Shown here: piece after piece, positions 49,452 to 58,725 of the stretch
Layout: each line of letters opens with the position of its first letter
Position numbering within the stretch: position 1 is the first letter of the stretch
Assembly (NCBI GenBank): GCA_963702005.1
Contig: OY969696.1
Location: forward strand, 2,464,001-2,528,000
Length of the DNA: 64,000 nt
Source: Candidatus Aminicenantes bacterium
Lineage (GTDB): Bacteria; Acidobacteriota; Aminicenantia; Aminicenantales; JAFGBC01
Reading direction: 5' to 3'
The notes under the pieces: generated by a model
Database searches by the model: none
Told to the model about the DNA's origin: nothing
Seen by the model: only the letters and a program-made list of their open reading frames with translations
Translations under genes and position numbers: made by a program

Positions 49452-50231
49452 TCAGGTGCGGATCTTGGCGATTTCTCTAAGCCGGCGACTGCGAAGAGCC
49501 GTATGATCGGTCAGGTCCGAATGGAGGGGCGTCAGGGAGGCATACCCCATCCGGATGGCCTCGAGGTCGGTGCCGGCTCCGTCCATGATCTTGGGACGTC
49601 CGGTGCCGATCCGGAATACGGATTTCCGGCGGGAGTCCTTCCGTTCGATGATTTCGGGCGCGTAGCGCCGCTCCCCCAGTTTGGCGAGGCGGATTCCCCG
49701 GATCGGAGACGGTGGGACATTGCAGCTTAAGGTCATGCCCGGCGGGACGGCCCCGCCCAGAAGATGCGCTCCGATCCGGACGGCGAGCGAAGCGGCTTCG
49801 TCGAATTCGAACCGGCCGTTTTCGTCGGGGATCTGGGACACGGCCAGGGACGGGATTCCTAGGAACGTCCCCTGGATGGCGCCGGCGACCGTCCCCGAAT
49901 AGGCGACATCCTGGCGGCCCAGGTTGGGACCGCGGTTGACGCCCGAAAGAAGAAGGTCGGGAAAGCGGGGGAGGAGCTTGCAGACGGCCAGGTAGACGCA
50001 ATCGGCGGGAGTTCCGTCGACGGCGTACCAGGCTGGGCGGAGGCGCTTGACACGGAGCGGGCCGTAAAGGGTCAGAGCCAGCGAAGTCGCGCTCCGCTGG
50101 CGGTCGGGGGCGACGACGAAAACGCGGCCGAGCCGATGGGCCGCCCGGGCCAGCGCCACCAGCCCTTCGGAGGCGATCCCGTCGTCGTTGACGAGGAGAA
50201 TGAGAGGCTTTCTATTCGTCTTCACGGCCAT
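49452..50231 (-). CDS. surE: 5'/3'-nucleotidase SurE
   Basis: LLVNDDG, VVAP, GTPADCV, SGVN.G.NLG, YSGTVAG, S.TPL. Confidence 0.92.
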   Translation of the reverse strand: MAVKTNRKPLILLVNDDGIASEGLVALARAAHRLGRVFVVAPDRQRSATSLALTLYGPLRVKRLRPAWYAVDGTPADCVYLAVCKLLPRFPDLLLSGVNRGPNLGRQDVAYSGTVAGAIQGTFLGIPSLAVSQIPDENGRFEFDEAASLAVRIGAHLLGGAVPPGMTLSCNVPPSPIRGIRLAKLGERRYAPEIIERKDSRRKSVFRIGTGRPKIMDGAGTDLEAIRMGYASLTPLHSDLTDHTALRSRRLREIAKIRT

Positions 50232-50254
50232 ATTATAATGCTAATTGCTTTTTC

Positions 50255-51415
50255 TCAGAGGTTGAACCGTTTCTTGAGGGCTTCGGCCTTGTCGGTGCGC
50301 TCCCAGCTGAACTCGGGGATTTCCCGTCCGAAGTGGCCGTAGGCGGCCGTCTTCTTGTAGATGGGGCGGCGCAGGTCGAGCATCTCGATCATCCCTTTGG
50401 GGGTGAGCAGGAAGAGCTCGCGAACGGCCTGTTCGACCTGCCGCTCCTCGACCTTACGCTGGCCGTGGAGGTTGATCATCAGGGACAGGGGGTCGATGAC
50501 GCCGATGGCGTAGGACAGCTGGACCGTGCACTTCTCGGCCAGCCCGGCGGCGACAACGTTCTTGGCGATGTAGCGGGCCGTATAAGCGGCCGAGCGGTCG
50601 ACCTTGGTCGGGTCCTTGCCGGAGAAGGCGCCGCCGCCGTGGGGGCAGCTGCCGCCGTAGGTGTCGACGATAATCTTGCGTCCGGTCAGGCCGGTGTCGC
50701 CCTGGGGGCCGCCGATCTCGAACCGTCCCGAGGGGTTGATGAAGTACTTCATGTCCCGGGAGCGGAAGTCGGCCGGGATGACGGCATCGATGATCTCGCG
50801 ACGGACTTCTTCGGAGATCCGGCCGTTGCTGACGTCGCCCGCGTGCTGGGTCGAGAGGACGACGCGCTCGACCGAAACGGGCCGGCTTCCGACGTAGCGG
50901 ACGGTGACCTGGGATTTGGCGTCGGGCCTCAGCCAGGGGAGGCGCCCCTGCTTGCGAATCTCGGCCTGCCGCTCGACGAGCCGGTGGGCGAGCATGATCG
51001 GGAGGGGCATCAGCTCGGGCGTTTCGCGGACGGCGTAGCCGAACATCAGACCCTGGTCGCCGGCGCCGATTTCGCCGTCGGCGCGGTTGACGACGGCCGC
51101 GGCGATATCGGCCGATTGGCGGCCGAGCATGTTTTTGATTTGGCAGGTCTTGGCGTCGAACCCGTAGGACGCGTCGGTGTAGCCGATCTCGCGGACGGTC
51201 TCCCGGACGATGTCTTCGACAGGGATCGTAGCCGAAGTTCCCAGCTCGCCGGCGACGATGACCGTGTTCTGGGTGAGCAGAGACTCGCAGGCGACTCTGG
51301 CCATCGGATCGATCCGGAACAGGGCGTCCAGGATCGCGTCCGAGATCTGGTCGGCCATTTTATCGGGATGGCCCTCCGAAACGGATTCGGATGTGAACAA
51401 GAATTCTTTTTCCAT
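50255..51415 (-). CDS. metK: S-adenosylmethionine synthetase
   Basis: [48 protein letters not shown]; SD AAGGAGG supports ATG 51415. Confidence 0.96.
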   Translation of the reverse strand: MEKEFLFTSESVSEGHPDKMADQISDAILDALFRIDPMARVACESLLTQNTVIVAGELGTSATIPVEDIVRETVREIGYTDASYGFDAKTCQIKNMLGRQSADIAAAVVNRADGEIGAGDQGLMFGYAVRETPELMPLPIMLAHRLVERQAEIRKQGRLPWLRPDAKSQVTVRYVGSRPVSVERVVLSTQHAGDVSNGRISEEVRREIIDAVIPADFRSRDMKYFINPSGRFEIGGPQGDTGLTGRKIIVDTYGGSCPHGGGAFSGKDPTKVDRSAAYTARYIAKNVVAAGLAEKCTVQLSYAIGVIDPLSLMINLHGQRKVEERQVEQAVRELFLLTPKGMIEMLDLRRPIYKKTAAYGHFGREIPEFSWERTDKAEALKKRFNL

Positions 51416-51436
51416 GGCTTTGATCCACCTCCTTAT

Positions 51437-51475
51437 AAAATACAAAAGCCCGGCGCTCTAAACCAGAGGCCGGGC
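51437..51475 (-). terminator. Second terminator-like hairpin in the metK leader
   Basis: GCCCGGCCTCT-ggttt-AGAGCGCCGGGC followed by TTTTGTATTTT. Confidence 0.55.
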
Positions 51476-51495
51476 ATCCCCTCGCTGGAGGGCAC

Positions 51496-51530
51496 AAAAA
51501 AAGCCCGGGCTAAAAATCGAGCCTCAGGCC
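51496..51530 (-). terminator. Intrinsic terminator (riboswitch expression platform)
   Basis: GCCTGAGGCT-cgattttt-AGCCCGGGC followed by T7. Confidence 0.7.
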
Positions 51531-51534
51531 TTGG

Positions 51535-51586
51535 TTTTTTAGCACCTTGTTGTTGCGGTTGCAATACACCTCAAATCAACCCGCTC
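51535..51586 (-). ncRNA. SAM-II-class riboswitch aptamer
   Basis: gcgggttGATTTgaggtGTATTGCaaccgc-aacaacaaggt-GCTAAAAAA: P1 gcgg(g)ttg/caaccgc plus the conserved SAM-II blocks, upstream of metK. Confidence 0.75.
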
Positions 51587-51642
51587 GTTCAGTTGTCAAA
51601 CACACCAAGCTTTGCGCTTGACGATCCCCGGGGGATCAAATA

Positions 51643-51719
51643 TGGTCGGGACGGGCGGATTCGAACCGCCGACCCCATGCACCCCAAGCATGTGCGCTAC
51701 CAGGCTGCGCCACGTCCCG
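51643..51719 (-). tRNA. tRNA-Pro(GGG)
   Basis: CGGGACG/CGTCCCG acceptor stem, CATGC-TTGGGGT-GCATG anticodon arm, GTTCGAATC, encoded CCA. Confidence 0.96.
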
Positions 51720-51793
51720 ACGCAAGGGACATAAATTATAGCAGAACTCGGGAAAAAATGAATAAAATAATTGGGAAGGCTTCCTGGGAGAGG

Positions 51794-52198
51794 CTATTTT
51801 TTGAGGCCGGCGGCGATTTCCTGGAGTTCGTCGCGGACGTCGGCCAGGACCTTCCTCATCTTCTCGGGATGAACGGCCGCCGGCGTCCGCAAGCCGAACT
51901 CCTCTTCGATCCGCCGCCGGACTCCGGCCAATGTCAGGCCCCGTGTCTCGAGGAGCTCTTGGATGCGACGGATCATGGCGACGTCCTTGGGGCGGAAAAT
52001 TTTCTCGCCCTTGGCCGTCCGGCCCGAGTGGAGGAAGGGGAATTCCTGTTCCCAGGACTCGATCAGGGCCGGGGCGAGCCTCGTAAGGCGGACGATTTCG
52101 TCGAGAGTGTAGACGAGCTTATCCGGTGGCAGGTCCGCCTGCCGCGTTCCTTGATCGCCCGCGCCGGATTTCATGATCGTCTGGTCCCGTTTCCACAC
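51794..52198 (-). CDS. MerR-family HTH regulator
   Basis: PDKLVY...E......L....I..WE.EFP.L...R......F...DV..I..I..LL...GLT..G; sits upstream of tRNA-Pro; start may be 52174. Confidence 0.82.
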   Translation of the reverse strand: MWKRDQTIMKSGAGDQGTRQADLPPDKLVYTLDEIVRLTRLAPALIESWEQEFPFLHSGRTAKGEKIFRPKDVAMIRRIQELLETRGLTLAGVRRRIEEEFGLRTPAAVHPEKMRKVLADVRDELQEIAAGLKK

Positions 52199-52314
52199 AT
52201 TAGCATGCCCCCGCGTGGACCGTCAAGCTGATGCCCCAACGAGGTCCCCCGTCGACTTTGGAATTTTGTCCTGACTCGTTGACATCTGTTATAATCCAAA
52301 TGCTGAGGCGGACC

Positions 52315-53664
52315 ATGGAAACCGACGGACAGCACACCCCACTCGCCGAGCGGATGCGGCCGCGCGGCTTCGACCGCGTCTACGGGCAGGAGCACCTTCT
52401 CGGCCCGGGAAAGATCCTCAGCCAGCTTATCGAGTCGGGCCGCCTGGTGTCCCTCATCTTCTGGGGACCTCCCGGCTCGGGCAAGACGACGCTCGGCACG
52501 ATGCTGGCCCGCCATTTCGACGTCCCCTGCGTTTTCTTCAGCGCCGTCCTATCCGGGATCAAAGAGGTTAAGGAGGCCATGGCCCGGGCCGAGGATCACA
52601 AGAAGATGTACGGGAAGCCGATCGTCCTGTTCATCGACGAGATCCACCGCTTCAACAAGGCTCAGCAAGGAGCCTTCCTGCCCTACGTCGAGCGCGGGGA
52701 TGTCGTCCTCTACGGGTCGACGACCGAGAACCCCTCCTTCGAGATCATTGCGCCGCTCCTGTCGAGGACCAAGGTCCTCGTCCTCCGCGAGCTTTCGGCC
52801 GAAGCCCTGGCCAAAATCCTCGAGGACGCCCTGGCCGACGCGGAGAACGGGCTGGGCGCCCTGAAGCTCAGGCTGGACGCGGAGGCGCGCGAGCTCCTCA
52901 TCAACTATTCGAACGGCGACGCCCGCCGCGCCCTCAATTCCCTCGAGATCGCGGCGACGCTTGCCCACGAGGGTAAGATTACGGCTGAAGTCGTCCAGGA
53001 AGCCCTTCAGAAACGGATCCTTCTTTATGACAAGAGCGGGGAGGAGCACTTCAACCTCATCTCGGCCCTCCATAAGAGCCTCCGCAACAGCGACGTCGAC
53101 GCTTCCCTGTATTGGCTGGCCCGGATGCTGGCGGCCGGGGAAGACCCGCTCTACATCGCCCGGCGCATGGTCCGCTTCGCATCCAAGGACATCGGGCTGG
53201 CCGATCCCCAAGCTCTGGCCGTCACCCTCCACGCCAAGGAGGCTTACGACTTCCTCGGCTCGCCCGAAGGGGAGCTGGCCTTGGCCGAGGCCGTCGTTTA
53301 CCTGGCTGCGGCGCCCAAGAGCAATCGGGTCTACGCCGCCTTCGGAGCGGCCATGAAGGACGTCGCCGAGCGGCCCCATGAGCCGGTGCCGCTCCAGATC
53401 CGTAACGCCGTCACCGCGCTCATGAAGGACATCGGCTACGGCCGGGATTACGCCTACGCCCACGACTTCGCGTTCGGGACGACCGACATGGAAACCTTTC
53501 CGGAAAAGCTCAAAGGGCGCGTCTACTACGAGCCGGGCTCGATGGGATTCGAAAAAGACATCCGCAAACGGTTCGAGTGGTGGAAAGACGTCAAGGAAAA
53601 GATCAGGCGGGAGCGGGCGGGAGGCGGGGGAGCGGAAGGCTCGGGCGGACGGGAAGGTCCTTAA
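52315..53664 (+). CDS. rarA: Replication-associated recombination protein A
   Basis: PLAERMRP, WGPPGSGKTT, FIDEIHRFNKAQQ, TTENPSF, ISALHKS.R.SD, PKSN. Confidence 0.93.
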   Translation: METDGQHTPLAERMRPRGFDRVYGQEHLLGPGKILSQLIESGRLVSLIFWGPPGSGKTTLGTMLARHFDVPCVFFSAVLSGIKEVKEAMARAEDHKKMYGKPIVLFIDEIHRFNKAQQGAFLPYVERGDVVLYGSTTENPSFEIIAPLLSRTKVLVLRELSAEALAKILEDALADAENGLGALKLRLDAEARELLINYSNGDARRALNSLEIAATLAHEGKITAEVVQEALQKRILLYDKSGEEHFNLISALHKSLRNSDVDASLYWLARMLAAGEDPLYIARRMVRFASKDIGLADPQALAVTLHAKEAYDFLGSPEGELALAEAVVYLAAAPKSNRVYAAFGAAMKDVAERPHEPVPLQIRNAVTALMKDIGYGRDYAYAHDFAFGTTDMETFPEKLKGRVYYEPGSMGFEKDIRKRFEWWKDVKEKIRRERAGGGGAEGSGGREGP

Positions 53665-53671
53665 ACGCCCC

Positions 53672-53845
53672 CTATTCGTCTTCCTCCTTTTCCTTAAGCA
53701 GATAGTAAATCTCCCAGCTGACCTCGTCGGCAATGCAGCCCAGGCAGGATTTCTTGGTCGTGGCCAGCTCCTCGTCCTCGATTTTCTGCTTGATGATGGC
53801 CTTGACCTTCTTCCGGATCTTATAGAGCAGGATATAGTTGACCAT
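53672..53845 (-). CDS. Small 57-aa CxxC protein (absent from the ORF track)
   Basis: MVNYILLYKIRKKVKAIIKQKIEDEELATTKKSCLGCIADEVSWEIYYLLKEKEEDE; host-like G/C third positions; upstream TTTACA-17-TATCAT. Confidence 0.65.
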   Translation of the reverse strand: MVNYILLYKIRKKVKAIIKQKIEDEELATTKKSCLGCIADEVSWEIYYLLKEKEEDE

Positions 53846-53937
53846 GGCGATGCGTCAGGCATGATAACAGCTTGTCCGCCGGCTGTAAAGATTGAGGCGG
53901 CCTCCGAAACATGGTAAGATGAGGAACCCGGACCGAC

Positions 53938-55908
53938 ATGATGCCTTCAACCCGCTTTTTGATTGCGGCCCTTGTGGTCGTATTCCTTTGCCCATCCTGC
54001 GCCCTGTTCCGCCACGGGCCTAGACCTTATCCGAGCGGTCTCAGCTTCCCCTTGACCGTCGACGGCCAGGTTTCCTTCGAGGGCGAGATCACGGGCTTCA
54101 TTCAACGGACGCCGGCCGGCCTTGTCCTGTCCACGACAAAGGGGAACGTCCTGACCGTCGACGAGGCTCAGCGCAAGATCCTTTGGTCCTATAAGATTCC
54201 GGAACCCGTTGAAACGCCGCCGGTTGTGGGGACCGACGGGCTGACCGTCTGCGACAAGACGTCCGAGCTCTATCGCCTGTCCTTCAAGGGCGAGCTTATC
54301 TGGAAGGTCAAGCCCAAGGGACGGGTCACCACGAAGTTGCTCGAGGCGAACGGCGTCATCTATTTCGGGACTCCGGGAGGCGTCGCCGCCTTGAGCGCGG
54401 CCGACGGCCGCGAGCTCTGGCGCGCTCCGCTGAAATCGAAGCTGACGGCCGGACCCATGCTGACTCGAGGCCTGATTCTCGTCGGATGCGAGGATGGAAC
54501 CATTAAGGGTTTAACGGCGGAAGGCCGTCCGGCCTGGACATTCAAAGCGGCCGCGGTGGCCGCGGAGTTCATAGGCATGGACGAAGGCCGTCTCTTTTGC
54601 ACGGACCAGGACGGAGTCCTGCACGCCGTCGATCTCGACGAATTCAGGGACAGCTGGAAAGTCAAGACCAACGGGACGGCCCGGGGCGCGGCGCTCGTTG
54701 CGGGGAAGAGGCTCATGTTCCTGACCGCAAACAACGTCCTCTACTGTCTTGACAAGGGCTGCGGGAATATCCTCTGGTGGCAGGCCGTGCCGTCCCATCC
54801 CCGCTTCGACCCGGCCCTGGCCGGAGAGCGCGTCGTCGTGACGACCCAGTCCCAGGTCGTGGTCGCCTTCGACGTCAAGACGGGGATCAAAATCGGCGAG
54901 TACCTTCAAGACGCGGAATCCCGGTCCAATCCTCTCTGGGAGGAGCCGTTCCTCCTTTCCAGCGCCTACGACGACGAGAAGGAGGAGGGACGTCTCGTCT
55001 TCTTGAAAAAAGAGATCAAAACGGCCCTGACCGCCACCAAGCCGTCTCCCATCCATGAAGGGGATGATGTCACCTTCCAAGCCGCCGCTTTCGGGCTGTT
55101 CATGCCCAAGTTCGAATTCTCCCTCAAGACCGGCGACCATGTCGAAGTCGTTCAGGCCTCGTCCGATGAGGCCAATTGGACCTGGTACGATGCCAAGGCC
55201 GGGACCTACACGATCCTGGTCAAGGCCGTCGATGAAAAAGGATCGGCCGAGACGGAAATGACCTACGAAGTCGAGAAGCCGGCCGCGCCGCCCGCCGCAG
55301 GGCAGGCCGCGGCGCCGGAGGCTGCGGCGCCCAAGGAAGCCGAAACGAAAGGAGTCAAGACCATGACGCGGAACGAAGCCTTGGAACTCGTCAAAGCTAA
55401 TCTGCCCAACCAGAATTTAGTTAAACACTGCTTGGCCGTCGAAGCCTGCATGAAGGCGGTCGCCCAGCGGCTCGGCCAGGACCCGGAGCCGTGGGGGCTG
55501 GCCGGCCTCCTCCATGACTTGGACTACGAGAAAACCGCCAAAAGCCCGGACCTCCACACCACGGAGACGGTCAAGATGCTCGAGGGGCGCGGCCTCCCGC
55601 CGGCCGTCATCCACGCCATCCAGGCCCACGCCGGGAAAGTCCCCTGCGAATCGGCCATGGACTGGGCCATCTACTCGATCGACCCCCTGACGGGGCTGAT
55701 CATCGCCGCGACGCTCATGCATCCCTCCAAGAAGCTCGAGGCGATCGACCTCGAGTTCGTCAAGCGCCGCTACAAGGAAAAAAGTTTCGCCAAGGGCGCC
55801 AAGCGCGAGGAGATCGAGAAGTGCAAGAACGCCGGCATCGAGCTCGACGAGTTCATCTCGATCTGCATCAAAGCCATGCAGGGGATCGCCGCCGACCTGG
55901 GCTTATAA
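53938..55908 (+). CDS. PQQ-type beta-propeller lipoprotein with Ig-like domain, fused in frame to an HD-domain protein
   Basis: Cys-containing signal (LCPSC), A.DG..LW repeats, Ala/Pro linker, then H.LAVEA.M...GLLHDLDYE...AI.AH...K.FAKG. Confidence 0.8.
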   Translation: MMPSTRFLIAALVVVFLCPSCALFRHGPRPYPSGLSFPLTVDGQVSFEGEITGFIQRTPAGLVLSTTKGNVLTVDEAQRKILWSYKIPEPVETPPVVGTDGLTVCDKTSELYRLSFKGELIWKVKPKGRVTTKLLEANGVIYFGTPGGVAALSAADGRELWRAPLKSKLTAGPMLTRGLILVGCEDGTIKGLTAEGRPAWTFKAAAVAAEFIGMDEGRLFCTDQDGVLHAVDLDEFRDSWKVKTNGTARGAALVAGKRLMFLTANNVLYCLDKGCGNILWWQAVPSHPRFDPALAGERVVVTTQSQVVVAFDVKTGIKIGEYLQDAESRSNPLWEEPFLLSSAYDDEKEEGRLVFLKKEIKTALTATKPSPIHEGDDVTFQAAAFGLFMPKFEFSLKTGDHVEVVQASSDEANWTWYDAKAGTYTILVKAVDEKGSAETEMTYEVEKPAAPPAAGQAAAPEAAAPKEAETKGVKTMTRNEALELVKANLPNQNLVKHCLAVEACMKAVAQRLGQDPEPWGLAGLLHDLDYEKTAKSPDLHTTETVKMLEGRGLPPAVIHAIQAHAGKVPCESAMDWAIYSIDPLTGLIIAATLMHPSKKLEAIDLEFVKRRYKEKSFAKGAKREEIEKCKNAGIELDEFISICIKAMQGIAADLGL

Positions 55909-55994
55909 GCCTTTTTGACCTGATTTTGCGGAAATCCTTTTCTGTGGTCAATCGACCCACCCGAGCTAGCTGACGCAACGTGCGAGGAGGCGCG

Positions 55995-57404
55995 ATGAAC
56001 GACCGGCCGGCATACGACATGAGGTTCATCTGGCTGACGACCTTAGTCTCGGCCATGGGAGGCCTGCTTTTCGGCTACGACTGGGTGGTCATCGGCGGCG
56101 CCAAGCCCTTCTACGAAAAATTCTTCAACCTGACGACACCCTCCCAAATCGGCTGGGCCATGAGCAGCGCCCTGGTCGGCTGCCTTGTCGGCTCGCTGGT
56201 CTCGGGCGGGCTCAGCGACCGCTACGGCCGGAAGAAGCTCCTGATCCTGTCCGCCATCCTGTTCACGGGGACCGGAATCCTGACCGCCCTGGCTCCGAAT
56301 TTCGCGTTTTTCATCGCTAACCGGCTCCTGGGCGGCGTCGCTATCGGCCTGGCCTCGAACCTCTCGCCTATGTACATCGCCGAGATCTCGCCAGCCGAAG
56401 TCCGGGGCAAATTCGTCTCGGTCAATCAGCTGACGATCGTCATCGGCATCCTGGCCGCCCAGCTGGTCAACTGGCTGATCGCCAGGCCGGTCCTTGCCGG
56501 CGCCTCAGCGGCCGATATCCTGAATTCCTGGAACGGCCAGGTCGGCTGGCGCTGGATGTTCGGGGCCGAAGCCGTGCCCGCGTTCCTGTTCTTCCTGTTG
56601 ATGTTCACGGTCCCGGAGAGTCCGCGCTGGCTGGTCAAGAACGGCAGGGGCGGCGACGCCGAGAAGATTCTGGCCCGGGTTGGCGGCGCCGGGTTCGCCG
56701 GCCGGGCCATGGTCGAGATCAAAGAGACACTGGCCGCGGCCGATATCCACAAGGTCCGCTTCCGCGCCCTCTTCGAACCGGGACTGTCCAAGGTCCTTCT
56801 GATCGGGATCGTCCTGGCCGTCTACCAGCAGTGGTGCGGCATCAACGTCATTTTCTACTACGCCGAGGAGATCTTCACGGCCGCCGGCTATGGCGTGAGC
56901 GACGTCCTGTTCAACATCGTCATCACCGGCACCGTGAACCTGATCTTCACCCTGATCGCCATCCGGCTCGTGGACAGGCTGGGCCGCAAGCCCTTGATGA
57001 TGGCCGGCTCGGCCGGCCTGGCCGTGGCCTTTGGGCTGGTGGGCGCGAGCTACGCCGCCCACAGCCGGGGCATTCATCTACTCGTCCTGGTCGTCCTATC
57101 CATGGCGCTCTATGCGCTGTCGCTGGCTCCCGTCACCTGGGTCCTTCTCTCGGAAATCTTTCCGAACCGAATCCGGGGCGCGGCCATGTCCGTGTCGACC
57201 TTCTCCCTCTGGTTGGCCTGTTTCATCCTGACCTACACCTTCCCGCACCTCAACCGGGGGCTGGGATCGGCCGGGACATTCTGGATCTACGCCGGGATCA
57301 GCGTCCTGGGGTTCCTATTTATCCGGACGCGCCTGACCGAAACCAAGGGGAAGACGCTCGAGCAGATCGAGCGCGAGCTGGTTCGTCTTCGGCCGGCGAG
57401 CTGA
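55995..57404 (+). CDS. Sugar porter family MFS transporter (XylE/AraE-like)
   Basis: GGLLFGYD, DRYGRK, PMYIAE, PESPRW, QQWCGIN, SEIFP..IRG, ETKGKTLE. Confidence 0.93.
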   Translation: MNDRPAYDMRFIWLTTLVSAMGGLLFGYDWVVIGGAKPFYEKFFNLTTPSQIGWAMSSALVGCLVGSLVSGGLSDRYGRKKLLILSAILFTGTGILTALAPNFAFFIANRLLGGVAIGLASNLSPMYIAEISPAEVRGKFVSVNQLTIVIGILAAQLVNWLIARPVLAGASAADILNSWNGQVGWRWMFGAEAVPAFLFFLLMFTVPESPRWLVKNGRGGDAEKILARVGGAGFAGRAMVEIKETLAAADIHKVRFRALFEPGLSKVLLIGIVLAVYQQWCGINVIFYYAEEIFTAAGYGVSDVLFNIVITGTVNLIFTLIAIRLVDRLGRKPLMMAGSAGLAVAFGLVGASYAAHSRGIHLLVLVVLSMALYALSLAPVTWVLLSEIFPNRIRGAAMSVSTFSLWLACFILTYTFPHLNRGLGSAGTFWIYAGISVLGFLFIRTRLTETKGKTLEQIERELVRLRPAS

Positions 57405-57419
57405 AGACCGCTTGCCTTT

Positions 57420-57625
57420 CTAAAAGCCTCCGAACCGCACTCTCAGCCCGACTCTCACGGAAAATCCGGAAAGGTCGATGACCGCCTTGCGGACATTCTG
57501 GTAAATCCCTGCCGGAGGCTCGTTCGCATCTATAACAAAACCGGGAAATTGCCCTCATTCCGTGTACCACAGAGAGGCATCCTCGACCGTTGTGTCGTCG
57601 GAAACAAAATCGCCCCGGAAATCGG
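57420..57625 (-). pseudogene. C-terminal remnant of an OM beta-barrel gene paralogous to 7842-8744
   Basis: DFRGDFVSDDTTVEDASLWYTE*GQFPGFVIDANEPPAGIYQNVRKAVIDLSGFSVRVGLRVRFGGF* aligns with ...YRNVRQGEFDFSGFSLKIGLRFMF. Confidence 0.65.
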
Positions 57626-57690
57626 TTGGCATTTCGGCCAACTTGGGAATAGAATACACCAGGCCGGATACAGAATCAAAGGAGGCTAGG

Positions 57691-58725
57691 ATGTCGGATA
57701 TGGCCAGTCATGGGCGGCGAACCGGGTTGGCGTTTCTCCTGACGACGGGCATCGTTTTATCTGCAGTTCCCTCGGTCGCCTCTCTCACCACGGAGCCTTC
57801 CCAACAAGTGAAGCGGCTGGGCCGCGGAGTGAACATCCTCGGATATGATCCGATCTGGGACAAGTTCGGGGACGGCCGCTTCAAGGAAAAGCATTTCAAG
57901 CTGATCCGCGAAGCCGGATTCCGGAGCGCGCGCATCAACCTGCACGCCCTTCAGCGAATGGATGCCGGCGCCGGCTATAAGCTCGATGAAGCCTGGCTGG
58001 GCACGCTGGATTGGGCCGTCAAGAAGGCCCTGGCAAATGACCTTATGGTCATCCTCGACCTTCACAACTATAACGACGTCGCCGAGGACCCGGCCGTCTT
58101 CAAGCCCCGCGTCCTGGCTTTCTGGAGGCTGATCGCCGGCCGCTTCAAGGACGCTCCGGACAGCGTGTTGTTCGAGATCCTCAATGAGCCTAACGGCCGG
58201 TTGACCTCCGAGCTTTGGAATGAGTGGATTCCCGAAGTGCTGGCGATCATCCGCGCTGCCAATCCGGAGCGAACGGTCGTAATCGGCCCTCCCTCATGGA
58301 ACGGCATCGACCGCCTGGACGATTTGAAGCTGCCGGAGTCGGACCGCAACATCATCGTGACCGTCCACTACTACGAGCCGATGCGGTTCACTCACCAGGG
58401 CGCGCCCTGGTCGCCCGAGAACGTTCGTTTTTCTGACGTCGGTTGGGGCAGCGAGCTCGATAAAAAGCGGGTGGAGGAAGACTTCGGCCGCGCCCGGAAA
58501 TGGGCGACTTTACACCGCCGGCCTGTATTTCTGGGCGAATTCGGTGCCTATGATAAGGGTCCGCTGGAATCAAGGGCCCGATATACGGCCTTCGTCGCCC
58601 GCAGCGCCGAATCCTTGGGCTGGGCTTGGGCCTACTGGCAGTTCGATTCGGATTTTATCGTCTACGATATCGACAAAGATCGCTGGGTGACCCCGATTCT
58701 AAAGGCCCTTATTCCCGATGAATAA
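57691..58725 (+). CDS. Exported GH5 glycoside hydrolase (endoglucanase/mannanase-like)
   Basis: LGRGVN, ILDLH, FEILNEP (acid/base), HYY.P..FTHQGA.W, LGEFG (nucleophile); SD GGAGG supports ATG 57691. Confidence 0.9.
   Translation: MSDMASHGRRTGLAFLLTTGIVLSAVPSVASLTTEPSQQVKRLGRGVNILGYDPIWDKFGDGRFKEKHFKLIREAGFRSARINLHALQRMDAGAGYKLDEAWLGTLDWAVKKALANDLMVILDLHNYNDVAEDPAVFKPRVLAFWRLIAGRFKDAPDSVLFEILNEPNGRLTSELWNEWIPEVLAIIRAANPERTVVIGPPSWNGIDRLDDLKLPESDRNIIVTVHYYEPMRFTHQGAPWSPENVRFSDVGWGSELDKKRVEEDFGRARKWATLHRRPVFLGEFGAYDKGPLESRARYTAFVARSAESLGWAWAYWQFDSDFIVYDIDKDRWVTPILKALIPDE

Noticed and set aside
55915-55951. TTGACC...GGTCAA inverted repeat upstream of the sugar porter as an operator
   Set aside because: Short arms with a long spacer, and no second copy seen at the GH5 or GH9 promoters.
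57555-57557. In-frame TGA in the barrel remnant as selenocysteine or recoding
   Set aside because: The fragment lacks most of the gene and the position is not a catalytic Cys site; many genes here use TGA as a normal stop.
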